Below, in pieces: positions 29,234 through 37,673 of a stretch of DNA of 64,000 nt (the first letter of the stretch is position 1; each line of letters starts with the position of its first letter). Under the pieces are notes generated by a model. The model had not been told where the DNA came from and made no database searches. It was given only the letters and a program-made list of their open reading frames with translations. Position numbers and translations under genes: made by a program. Source of the DNA: an uncultured Rhodospirillales bacterium. GTDB taxonomy: Bacteria; Pseudomonadota; Alphaproteobacteria; Rhodospirillales; JAPHRK01. The stretch covers positions 1,166 to 65,165 of the forward strand of contig CBDUMN010000004.1 in the NCBI GenBank assembly GCA_965368335.1, given 5' to 3'.

Positions 29234-30706
29234 CTAAATCTTAAGGTTTTCAGTGTTGGCGTCATAGCTCATAGCACCGTTCTTTCCGACCCGGACGATA
29301 CGCAAGGCATTGGTGGTTCCCGGTGTTCCGAAGGGAACTCCTGCCGTAACCACAATCCGATCCTTTTCCTTGGCGAACCCTTCCCGCTTGGCCACCCTTG
29401 ACGCCTTGTTCACCATATCGACAAAACTTTCGACATCCTTGGTCTTCACCGGGTGCACACCCCAGGCAAGAGAAAGATGACGCGCCGTATGCATCACCGG
29501 CGTCAATCCAAGAATCGGCACCATCGGCCGTTCACGGGAAGCGCGGATAGTCGTGGAGCCACTATGGGTAAACGTGACAATAGCCGCCGCTCCAATGGTT
29601 TGGGCCGCATGACGGGCCGCCGAAGTGATAGCGTCAGCGCTGGTCGGCTCCGGGATGAACCGCTCGGCATCCATCAGGCGCATGTAATGATCGTCGCGCT
29701 CCACCTTGTCGATAATCCGGTTCATCATGGAAACCGATTCCACCGGATAATCTCCCGCCGCCGTTTCGGCCGACAGCATCACCGCATCGACCCCGTCATA
29801 AACCGCCGTCGCCACGTCGGAGGCTTCGGCACGGGTCGGAATGGGTGACCGCACCATGGAATCCAGCATCTGCGTAGCGACCACAACAGGCTTACCTAAA
29901 TGGCGACATTCACGAATGATCCATTTTTGCAATCCAGGCACGTCTTCGGCGGGCACCTCAACGCCAAGATCGCCACGCGCGATCATGATCGCATCGGAGA
30001 CTTCGATAATCTGCCGCAAGTTATTGATCGCCGCAGGTTTTTCGAGTTTCGCCATAACCTTGGCGCGGCCATCGACCAGACGCTGCAATTCGACCACGTC
30101 CTCGGGGCGTTGAACGAATGAAAGGGCGACCCAGTCCACGCCCAACTGGAGACCAAATTCCAGATCGGCGCGATCTTTCTCGGTCAACACGGAGAGCGGG
30201 ATAATCACATCGGGGATATTCACGCCCTTACGGTCGGAAAGCTCCCCCCCCACCGACACAATGGTTTCCACATAATCGGTCCCGGTCTTTTCGACACGCA
30301 GACGCAATTTTCCATCGTCCATCAGCACCATCGTGCCTGGCGTTAAGGCCTCAATAATCTCGGGGTGCGGCAGCATCACCCGGCGGCTGTTGCCCGGCTC
30401 ATCGAGCAAATCGAGCCGAAAGGGAGAACCGGGCACCAGCTTGATCTTGCCTTCGGCAAACTTCCCAATGCGGAACTTAGGACCTTGCAGGTCCATCAAG
30501 ATGCCAATGGGCCTGCCCGCCTCTTCTTCCAGTTTTCGAATAAGCTGGTAGCGCGCCTGATGTTCTTCGTGGGCGCCGTGGGAAAAATTGAGACGGAACA
30601 AATCGGCGCCCGCATCGAACAACTTCGCAACCCGCGTAAGGGTCGAAGTGGCCGGGCCTAGGGTGGCGATAATTTTTGCACAACGTGAACGTCGCATGGG
30701 CTCCAT
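29234..30706 (-). CDS. pyk: pyruvate kinase
   Basis: KIIATLGPA, MIARGDLGVEV, and TQMLDSM motifs. 490 aa; the true start may be the second Met (30697). Confidence 0.95.
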   Translation of the reverse strand: MEPMRRSRCAKIIATLGPATSTLTRVAKLFDAGADLFRLNFSHGAHEEHQARYQLIRKLEEEAGRPIGILMDLQGPKFRIGKFAEGKIKLVPGSPFRLDLLDEPGNSRRVMLPHPEIIEALTPGTMVLMDDGKLRLRVEKTGTDYVETIVSVGGELSDRKGVNIPDVIIPLSVLTEKDRADLEFGLQLGVDWVALSFVQRPEDVVELQRLVDGRAKVMAKLEKPAAINNLRQIIEVSDAIMIARGDLGVEVPAEDVPGLQKWIIRECRHLGKPVVVATQMLDSMVRSPIPTRAEASDVATAVYDGVDAVMLSAETAAGDYPVESVSMMNRIIDKVERDDHYMRLMDAERFIPEPTSADAITSAARHAAQTIGAAAIVTFTHSGSTTIRASRERPMVPILGLTPVMHTARHLSLAWGVHPVKTKDVESFVDMVNKASRVAKREGFAKEKDRIVVTAGVPFGTPGTTNALRIVRVGKNGAMSYDANTENLKI

Positions 30707-30819
30707 GTACCTCCGCCAAACGCGGAAAGATAGTGATACTTACATGACAGGACAAAAGCTTGTCCGGCGGGGTGAACCATCATCGGCAACTGTATGCCGA
30801 CCGCTCCTTAAGCCTTGTT

Positions 30820-31056
30820 TCACAACCCGATATAAAACCTGCCAAAGGTTTCCTTTTGGTTTTTATCCACAAGTTTTTCCACAATAGGACAGAGTGGGCC
30901 GAAAGGAAGCCGCACAATCGGGTGGCGAGGGAGCCACTCCGCTAGCGGGGTTGAAACTCCAGACTTTCCAAGATTCTCAAGCATTTTACCGAAAATAAGG
31001 CCTGCACCTCCTGCAGCAAACCGCTGAAGAGTTGCGAGAGGTTTACTCCTGTTCAT
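30820..31056 (-). CDS. hypothetical protein (weak)
   Basis: 78-codon ORF with no convincing Shine-Dalgarno and no recognisable motif. Kept only because no competing ORF explains the 400-bp gap. Confidence 0.25.
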   Translation of the reverse strand: MNRSKPLATLQRFAAGGAGLIFGKMLENLGKSGVSTPLAEWLPRHPIVRLPFGPLCPIVEKLVDKNQKETFGRFYIGL

Positions 31057-31137
31057 TGAAAAAAATCAACAGGCAAGAAGTGGATTTTCAAATAAACCTT
31101 CCTCTCAGCGCGTTTTTTGCGAAACGTTAAGTCTTTC

Positions 31138-31608
31138 ATGAAAAGCTTGAAACCAACTAAGGTTCATCATCAAGTTAGGAAAAGCGGCATGAATAAACTG
31201 ATCGCCAAGGCATTGATGCCGCTGCTTGTTGATAAAAAAGCGCGGGAACGTATGGCTCGCAAAGAAGCCGTTCGAGACAAGCTGGAAACGATGGGCGTCA
31301 ACCCGGACGACCCTGAACAGGTGAGAAAAGTGTTCAAAAAAACCAGCAAAGAGAACCGCAAGCAGAATACGGAACAAGAGCCCCCTTCCAACCCGGAACT
31401 CGGGTTCGACATTAAAGACCGGGAGGCTCTTTTAGCCGCCCTTCGCGCCAACAAAGCCCGAATGGAGGCCACCGAGCGCCGCAAACTCATCCGTAACGCC
31501 CAAGAACTGCGACGCGCTAAGACCCATGTCCTGAACGAGCTCAGCGACGAACAGCGCGACAAGCTGCAAAGGCTCGCCATGCGCGCCATGCTCGGCAAAA
31601 AGCACTAA
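31138..31608 (+). CDS. basic coiled-coil hypothetical protein
   Basis: Lys/Arg/Glu-rich ~156 aa. ATG candidates at 31138 and 31189. I recognise no family. Confidence 0.5.
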   Translation: MKSLKPTKVHHQVRKSGMNKLIAKALMPLLVDKKARERMARKEAVRDKLETMGVNPDDPEQVRKVFKKTSKENRKQNTEQEPPSNPELGFDIKDREALLAALRANKARMEATERRKLIRNAQELRRAKTHVLNELSDEQRDKLQRLAMRAMLGKKH

Positions 31609-31750
31609 CACGGTGCTTGAGCAACAATCATTGGGTCGAATATTTTCAGTTAAGGCTTTGATTAGATTGACCGGTTTGCTTAGTATGGCGTGAGTTCCAG
31701 GAGTTGTTGGAACCGTTCAACCAAGCGTCCGGAAAGGACAAGATAAAACA

Positions 31751-32272
31751 ATGAGTGATGACATCGATGTTCTAAGGGGAGAATTATCCGGACTTTTCAA
31801 GTATATGCAGCGCGTCCGGAAAGAAATCGCCACGATCCACCACCCCGTGGACGAAGAGCATCAAATCACCAAGATGAGCGACCAGCTCGACGCCATTGTC
31901 GCAGCAACTGAAGATGCGACCGACACCATCATGGAAATGTCCGAGGCCATCCAAGACGCCGTACAGAAAATCCGTGATGGCGAAGACCTGGATAGCGCCC
32001 TCAATCAGATTGACGATAACTGCATGGCTGTTTTCCAAGCCTGCTCCTTTCAAGACATCACCGGGCAACGGGTTTCAAAAGTATTGAAATCCATCCGGTT
32101 CGTTGAAGAACGCATCAACAATCTCGTTGAGGTCTGGGGGGTTCAGGAAATCGAGCAGGAAGAAGTCGAAGGTCTCGATAAAACCGAAGACGAAGCGCTG
32201 CTTAACGGCCCTCAACTGGAGACCTCGAAAGAGCGGTTCAGCCAAGACGACATTGACGCTTTGTTCGATTAA
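31751..32272 (+). CDS. cheZ: CheZ-like CheY-P phosphatase
   Basis: 173 aa with the CheZ active-site signature FQDITGQRV (catalytic Gln) and an acidic C-terminal CheY-binding-like peptide (SQDDIDALFD). Confidence 0.8.
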   Translation: MSDDIDVLRGELSGLFKYMQRVRKEIATIHHPVDEEHQITKMSDQLDAIVAATEDATDTIMEMSEAIQDAVQKIRDGEDLDSALNQIDDNCMAVFQACSFQDITGQRVSKVLKSIRFVEERINNLVEVWGVQEIEQEEVEGLDKTEDEALLNGPQLETSKERFSQDDIDALFD

Positions 32273-32367
32273 CCGCGAACTCTTTTTCATTAGGCCACAC
32301 TCACCTTGCGTATCGGGGGGGCTTTTGGTTACCCTCCGGGCACCTTATTCACTCCAGTTTCAAGAGA

Positions 32368-32946
32368 ATGGATTTCGTGACCATGAACCGTCTGTTTGGC
32401 TTCTTCTTCGCCGTCATGCTCGGCGCAACCCTGCTGACCGCCCCAACCAAAGCCGGAACCCTCGATCCGGAAAACACCATCTATCTGGAACTTAAAGATG
32501 GCACTGTCGTCATTCAGTTACGTCCCGACCTTGCTCCTAAGCATGTGGAGCGGATCAAAAAACTGACCCGTGAAGGTTTTTACGACGGCCTCAAGTTCCA
32601 TCGCGTCATCCGCGGCTTCATGGCCCAGACCGGCGACCCTCTGGGTAACGGCACCGGTGGCTCCCAGTATCCCGATCTCCCTGCCGAATTCACCAATACC
32701 CCGCATGTCCGCGGAACGATGTCCATGGCCCGATCCGGTCACCCGGACAGCGCCAACAGCCAGTTTTTCATTATGTTTGGTCGCGCTCCGCACCTGGACA
32801 ATCAATACACGGTTTGGGGCCAAGTGGTTTCCGGCATGGAATTCGTCGACAAAATCAAGAAAGGCCTGAGTTCGCGCAACGGCTCAGTGCGCAAGCCGGA
32901 TAGCATCATCTCCATGAAGGTCGCTGCCGACACCATCAAGAAGTAG
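32368..32946 (+). CDS. ppiA: periplasmic cyclophilin-type peptidyl-prolyl isomerase
   Basis: Signal peptide, then FHRVIRGFMAQTGDP, MARS, NSQFFI and VWGQV cyclophilin motifs. Confidence 0.9.
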   Translation: MDFVTMNRLFGFFFAVMLGATLLTAPTKAGTLDPENTIYLELKDGTVVIQLRPDLAPKHVERIKKLTREGFYDGLKFHRVIRGFMAQTGDPLGNGTGGSQYPDLPAEFTNTPHVRGTMSMARSGHPDSANSQFFIMFGRAPHLDNQYTVWGQVVSGMEFVDKIKKGLSSRNGSVRKPDSIISMKVAADTIKK

Positions 32947-32950
32947 CGGC

Positions 32951-33769
32951 ATGATTATCGCCCAGCTTTCCGACCCTCACTTAGTCGCCGAAGGGACGAT
33001 CCAACAACGGATTGATCCCCGGACCAAATTGAGCGCCGCCATCGACAGCCTGCTTAAAGTCGACCCACTGCCCGACATCGTCTTGCTGACCGGCGATCTT
33101 GCTCAGCTGGGCAAGCCTGAAGGGTATGCCAAAGCAAGAGAACTGCTGGCCCGTCTCCCCATGCCCGTCTATGTAATTCCCGGCAACCAGGACAACCGAC
33201 AGAACATGCGCGAGGCCTTCGCTCAAGACGGCTACCTTCCCAAAGATGGCGAGTTTCTTCACTATGTCATAGAAGACCACGAGCTTCGGCTGATCGGCGT
33301 GGATTCCACTCGTCCCGGCGGCCCTGGGGGGGGCGGCCTCCTCTGCGAAGAGCGTTTATCGTGGCTCGAAGAACGGCTTTGCGAAGCCCCAGACAGACAG
33401 ACCCTGATTTTCATGCATCACCCGCCTTTCCGTACGGGACTCGGCAAGCTCGATAAGGAGCCAATGCCTGGCGGCGACGCCATGGCCGAGATTGTCGCCC
33501 AGCATCCTCAGGTGAAGAAAGTTCTGGCCGGACATATCCATCGATATACCGAGCGGGTCTGGGCGGGGACGGCGGCGGCGACAGCCCCTGCCATCGCTTT
33601 CCAGGTAACGCTAACCTTCGATAGGGGCGCTTCGGCGACCTGGCATGAGGAACCGGCTCCAATTCTTTTCCACCTCTGGCATGATGAAGAAGAAATCATC
33701 ACACATAGTCTCGCAGTGGGCGACTACGAAGGCCCCTTCGAGATCGTTCGCCAGCGGGGCGCCAAATAA
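32951..33769 (+). CDS. metallophosphoesterase (CpdA/GpdQ-like phosphodiesterase)
   Basis: Calcineurin-like motifs: SDPHL, TGDL, GNQD, MHHPP, and GHIHR. Confidence 0.85.
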   Translation: MIIAQLSDPHLVAEGTIQQRIDPRTKLSAAIDSLLKVDPLPDIVLLTGDLAQLGKPEGYAKARELLARLPMPVYVIPGNQDNRQNMREAFAQDGYLPKDGEFLHYVIEDHELRLIGVDSTRPGGPGGGGLLCEERLSWLEERLCEAPDRQTLIFMHHPPFRTGLGKLDKEPMPGGDAMAEIVAQHPQVKKVLAGHIHRYTERVWAGTAAATAPAIAFQVTLTFDRGASATWHEEPAPILFHLWHDEEEIITHSLAVGDYEGPFEIVRQRGAK

Positions 33770-33836
33770 GACTCCCAGACCGCCCGGAATATGTTAGGTT
33801 CCGCGGCACCAAGCAGATTAGACAAAAGGCCGAGAC

Positions 33837-34307
33837 ATGGATCTTGAAAACACCCTCTATTTGGACCTTAAAGACGGTCGCGTGACCATTGAGTTAAAAC
33901 CCGACCTAGCGCCCAATCATGTGGCGCGGATCAAGGAACTGGTGCGCCAAGGCTATTACGACGGCCTCAAATTCCACCGGGTTATCAACGGCTTCATGGC
34001 CCAAACCGGCTGCCCCGACGGCACCGGCATGGGCGGTTCGGGCACCAAATTAGAAGCTGAGTTCTCCGATGCGGACCATGCTCGAGGCGTCTGCTCCATG
34101 GCCCGCGCCATGGACCCCAATAGCGCCGACAGCCAGTTCTTCATTTGCCTTGACGATGCGCCGCACCTCAACGGTCAGTATACGGTTTGGGGTGAGGTGA
34201 CCGAGGGCATGGAACACGTCGACAGCATCAAAAAGGGCGGGGGCGGCAATGGCGCTGTTTCCGATCCGGACGAAATCGTCAAGTTGACGGTTGCCGCCGA
34301 CGCCTAG
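33837..34307 (+). CDS. ppiB: cytoplasmic cyclophilin-type peptidyl-prolyl isomerase
   Basis: 156 aa with no signal peptide. FHRVINGFMAQTG, MARA, DSQFFI and VWGEV motifs. Confidence 0.9.
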   Translation: MDLENTLYLDLKDGRVTIELKPDLAPNHVARIKELVRQGYYDGLKFHRVINGFMAQTGCPDGTGMGGSGTKLEAEFSDADHARGVCSMARAMDPNSADSQFFICLDDAPHLNGQYTVWGEVTEGMEHVDSIKKGGGGNGAVSDPDEIVKLTVAADA

Positions 34308-34328
34308 GCACCCTACATCAGAGCCACC

Positions 34329-35696
34329 ATGACCGATCCTAAACGCACAGCCGAGCACATAGCGGCCAATTACGATCTTCGGGTTCCACGCTACACCAGC
34401 TACCCGACCGCACCCCACTTTCAGCCGGAATTCCCGGAAGACACCTACCGGGAATGGTTGGGCGCGCTTGATCCCGAAACACCGTTATCGCTCTATTTCC
34501 ATATTCCATTTTGCGATTCCATGTGCTGGTTCTGCGGCTGCTACACCAAGATTGTTAAGCGGCGTGAGCCGGTACTCGACTACCTCGAGACCATGATCAA
34601 GGAAGTCGACCTCATCGCCGCCGCTCTGCCCAGCCGGTTTAAGGCCAAGCACGTTCACTTTGGCGGCGGCAGCCCAACCATGTTGGAAGCGGCGGAATTC
34701 AAACAGGTTTTCGATAAGGTTCGGGAACATTTCGACGTCGAAGCTGATGCCGAATTCGCCGTTGAACTAGACCCCCGTACAGCTACCGAGAATTACGTTA
34801 AGGGATTGGCTGAAGCGGGCGTCAACCGGGCCAGCATTGGAGTTCAGGATTTTGACGCCGAGGTCCAGGAAGCGATCAACCGCATCCAGCCCTTTGACGT
34901 GACCAAACGAGTCGTCGATTGGCTCCGTAAATACGGCATCGAAAAAATCAATATGGACCTTCTTTACGGTCTACCGCACCAGAACATGGAGCGGGTCATG
35001 GATATGGTCGAGAAGACCAACCAGTTGCGCCCTCACCGGATCGCCCTTTTCGGCTATGCCCATGTGCCCTGGATGAAGAGCCACATGAAAATGATCCACG
35101 AAGAGGATCTTCCCGGAACGGCGGAACGCTGGGTCCAGGTGGAAACGGCCATGGCCAAGCTAGAAGAATATGGCTACGTCAAAATCGGCCTCGACCACTT
35201 CGCCTTGCCTGAAGATGAAATGGCCGTCGCCCTGAAAGACGCCAAGCTACACCGAAACTTCCAAGGCTACACTGTCGACCAAGCCTCCGTGATGATTGGC
35301 ATGGGCGCATCCTCCATCGGCGCTATGCCCCAAGGCTATACGCAGAACATCCTGCCGCTCAAAGACTATAAGAAAGCCATCGAAAGTGGACACCTCCCCG
35401 TTGCCAAAGGACTGGCTTACAAGGGCGATGACCTACTACGCGGCGAGATTATCGAGCGCTTGATGTGCGATCTGGAAGTGGACGTCGATGAAGTTTGCCA
35501 AAAGCACGGCATTGATCCAGCCCCCTATCGAGCGGAATTCAGCAAGCTCGACCAGCTTCTTGATGACGGATACGCCATTATTGACGGAGGCAAGCTATCC
35601 ATGAGCGAGGATGGACGCTCTCTCGTCCGTATCGCCGCAGCCGCATTCGACACCTATCTCGACCTCGGGCAAAAACGCCACTCGAAGGCCGTCTAG
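34329..35696 (+). CDS. hemN: oxygen-independent coproporphyrinogen III oxidase (radical SAM)
   Basis: 455 aa with HIPFCDSMCWFCGC (CxxxCxxC plus fourth Cys), GGGSPT and a C-terminal HemN_C region. Confidence 0.9.
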   Translation: MTDPKRTAEHIAANYDLRVPRYTSYPTAPHFQPEFPEDTYREWLGALDPETPLSLYFHIPFCDSMCWFCGCYTKIVKRREPVLDYLETMIKEVDLIAAALPSRFKAKHVHFGGGSPTMLEAAEFKQVFDKVREHFDVEADAEFAVELDPRTATENYVKGLAEAGVNRASIGVQDFDAEVQEAINRIQPFDVTKRVVDWLRKYGIEKINMDLLYGLPHQNMERVMDMVEKTNQLRPHRIALFGYAHVPWMKSHMKMIHEEDLPGTAERWVQVETAMAKLEEYGYVKIGLDHFALPEDEMAVALKDAKLHRNFQGYTVDQASVMIGMGASSIGAMPQGYTQNILPLKDYKKAIESGHLPVAKGLAYKGDDLLRGEIIERLMCDLEVDVDEVCQKHGIDPAPYRAEFSKLDQLLDDGYAIIDGGKLSMSEDGRSLVRIAAAAFDTYLDLGQKRHSKAV

Positions 35697-35826
35697 GCCA
35701 TCGCATTCCCGCTGAGGCAAAAAACGAAAGATTTTGGCACACTCCTTGCGGAGTGACTCCCGGAAGACCATTTTAAAACCATTCAAAGGTGCGAAATGGT
35801 CAAAAACAAGCTTATCCGGAGGTCAT

Positions 35827-36018
35827 ATGACTAGAAATTGGGCAGAACTCTCCGGCCCGGATGCGATTTCGCCGGTTATTGGCTATCGCATGGAGCGCGA
35901 TGGAAAACTTTTTATTCGTTTTGTCGGCGGAGACGAAAGAACCGCCACGGACGAAGAAATCCGCAAACTCATCGAAACCCGCCCGGATATGCTGCTGCAA
36001 TTAGCCTGGCGCGCCTAA
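35827..36018 (+). CDS. small hypothetical protein (63 aa)
   Basis: ATG 35827 is preceded by GGAGG at a 4-nt spacing, and a strong terminator follows the ORF. The longer track ORF (35734) lacks an RBS. Confidence 0.5.
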   Translation: MTRNWAELSGPDAISPVIGYRMERDGKLFIRFVGGDERTATDEEIRKLIETRPDMLLQLAWRA

Positions 36019-36050
36019 ACACACATCAGCCTGCAACAATTATTTCACAC

Positions 36051-36079
36051 AAAAAAAGGCCGGTTGATCCGGCCTTTTT
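36051..36079. terminator. bidirectional rho-independent terminator
   Basis: AAAAAAA-GGCCGG-TTGAT-CCGGCC-TTTTT, lying between convergent genes. Confidence 0.8.
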
Positions 36080-36099
36080 CACATTTATTATATGTATGA

Positions 36100-36444
36100 C
36101 TAAGCCGCCCGACGAACTTGGCCTTTTTCTTCTGCACCGCAATAAAGCCCATAAAGGGAATCGAGCACAGCCTGAACCTCTGGCGACTTAATAGAATAAT
36201 AGATGGTTTGACGATCACGGCGGGTTTGCACCAACTCATCGCGGCGCAAACGCCCCAAGTGCTGAGACAGACCTGACTGCGTCAGACCGGAGCCTTCGGT
36301 TAATGCGCCAACCGACATTTCCCCATGGGAAAGCTTGCAAAGAATTTCAAGACGAGTCTGGTTGCACATGGATTTCAGCAAGGCGGAAGCCTTACCGGTA
36401 TTGCCTTCCATATCTTGAACACTCACAGGATCAACTCCATTCAA
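36100..36444 (-). CDS. ArsR/SmtB-family transcriptional regulator
   Basis: 114 aa with a winged HTH (NQTRLEILCKLSHGEMSVGALTEGSGLTQSGLSQHLGRLR ... IYYSI). Confidence 0.9.
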   Translation of the reverse strand: MNGVDPVSVQDMEGNTGKASALLKSMCNQTRLEILCKLSHGEMSVGALTEGSGLTQSGLSQHLGRLRRDELVQTRRDRQTIYYSIKSPEVQAVLDSLYGLYCGAEEKGQVRRAA

Positions 36445-36600
36445 TCGATTTCATTGCGACGGAATTTTCTATCGCTCATTCTTCTTATATAATGAAACCC
36501 TGAAGGATTTGTAGAGTTATTTCGCAATTGCACAAATACTCATATATGCGTTGTAATTAAGTCGCATATTATACAGTATATTTAAGTATTTATTTTTTGC

Positions 36601-37569
36601 CTAGATGCCAGCTTTTTGGCGAATAGCCCTGGCGATATCCACTGCCGGATTGAGCGGTGCGTGAGACCAATCCTCAAAGACCCCACTCAAGGGGCGTGCA
36701 TAATCGCCTTGATAAAGATCCTGATGAAACAAAGCATGCTTGCGCGCAACGAACCGCTTTGGCGCGTAGATATAGACCGGCTTACCCGTGGCGCAGGCTT
36801 CACAGGCCATGGAAACAGAATCACCGGTTACAACAATGGCGTCGGCAAGGGCCAGAAATCCGAAATAAGGATTTTCTCCTTCATCTCCCCATCTGAACAA
36901 GTAAGACGGAGCGGAAATGGCCTCACAGAGCGCAGTCGCAGCCTCTTCTGTCCGGCGGCTCGTGGTCACCAATAGCGAACCACCGGCCTTGACCGCCATT
37001 TCACTGGCCGTCCGCCCTAGCTCCACCCCCATCTCGGGAGTAAACTTCCGGCGCTTGGTCGAACCGCCAACGATTAAGGCGATCCAGGGTTTAGGCAGAT
37101 GACAAAATTTCTCCTGAAATGACACGGCCGCCTTGGTCAGTTTTTCAGGTGTAACTCCATGGGGCGCTCCAATTATCTGGAGGCGATTATCAGCTTCAGG
37201 CATCCTGTCATGGTGGGGAATGGCGATCAGGTCGAATTCATCGGCCCCCGCATCGCCCGGGTACATGATTTGGCAAAGAAAGGTGCTGCCGTTATTTAAG
37301 CGCTTGATATGGCGAGCCACGGGAGCGGTCCGACGACCGGCGGCGATCACCAGATCCGGCCAGGGCGCCGTCAAGTTGGCCCGCGCATCGGCTGTCAGTC
37401 CGGCGAACGATTTCATGAGAACGAAATTCGGCAGGGAAGCCGCCGCCGTATAGGTGATCTCCTTGACCTCGTAAGAAAGACCAAGCGCATCGGCAACGCC
37501 ACGACATTGCGTAACGTTTCCGGGACGGTCGTCGGCAAGGACCCAAACAATCGGTTTCGCGTTCATCAT
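36601..37569 (-). CDS. ELM1 / DUF1022-family putative glycosyltransferase
   Basis: 322 aa. VWVLADDRPGNVTQCRGVADALGL, ALIVGGSTK, LVTTSRRT and VTGDSVSM match the ELM1-family pattern as I recall it. Confidence 0.7.
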   Translation of the reverse strand: MMNAKPIVWVLADDRPGNVTQCRGVADALGLSYEVKEITYTAAASLPNFVLMKSFAGLTADARANLTAPWPDLVIAAGRRTAPVARHIKRLNNGSTFLCQIMYPGDAGADEFDLIAIPHHDRMPEADNRLQIIGAPHGVTPEKLTKAAVSFQEKFCHLPKPWIALIVGGSTKRRKFTPEMGVELGRTASEMAVKAGGSLLVTTSRRTEEAATALCEAISAPSYLFRWGDEGENPYFGFLALADAIVVTGDSVSMACEACATGKPVYIYAPKRFVARKHALFHQDLYQGDYARPLSGVFEDWSHAPLNPAVDIARAIRQKAGI

Positions 37570-37673
37570 ACTTCCCCTTATTCAAGTTTCAGTTAGAGGG
37601 TCTAGCAGTCAGCGTCAACCACCCTTGAGATAAACCGTCGCCGGAAACGACTTCGCCCTTTATAATCCCCCCT

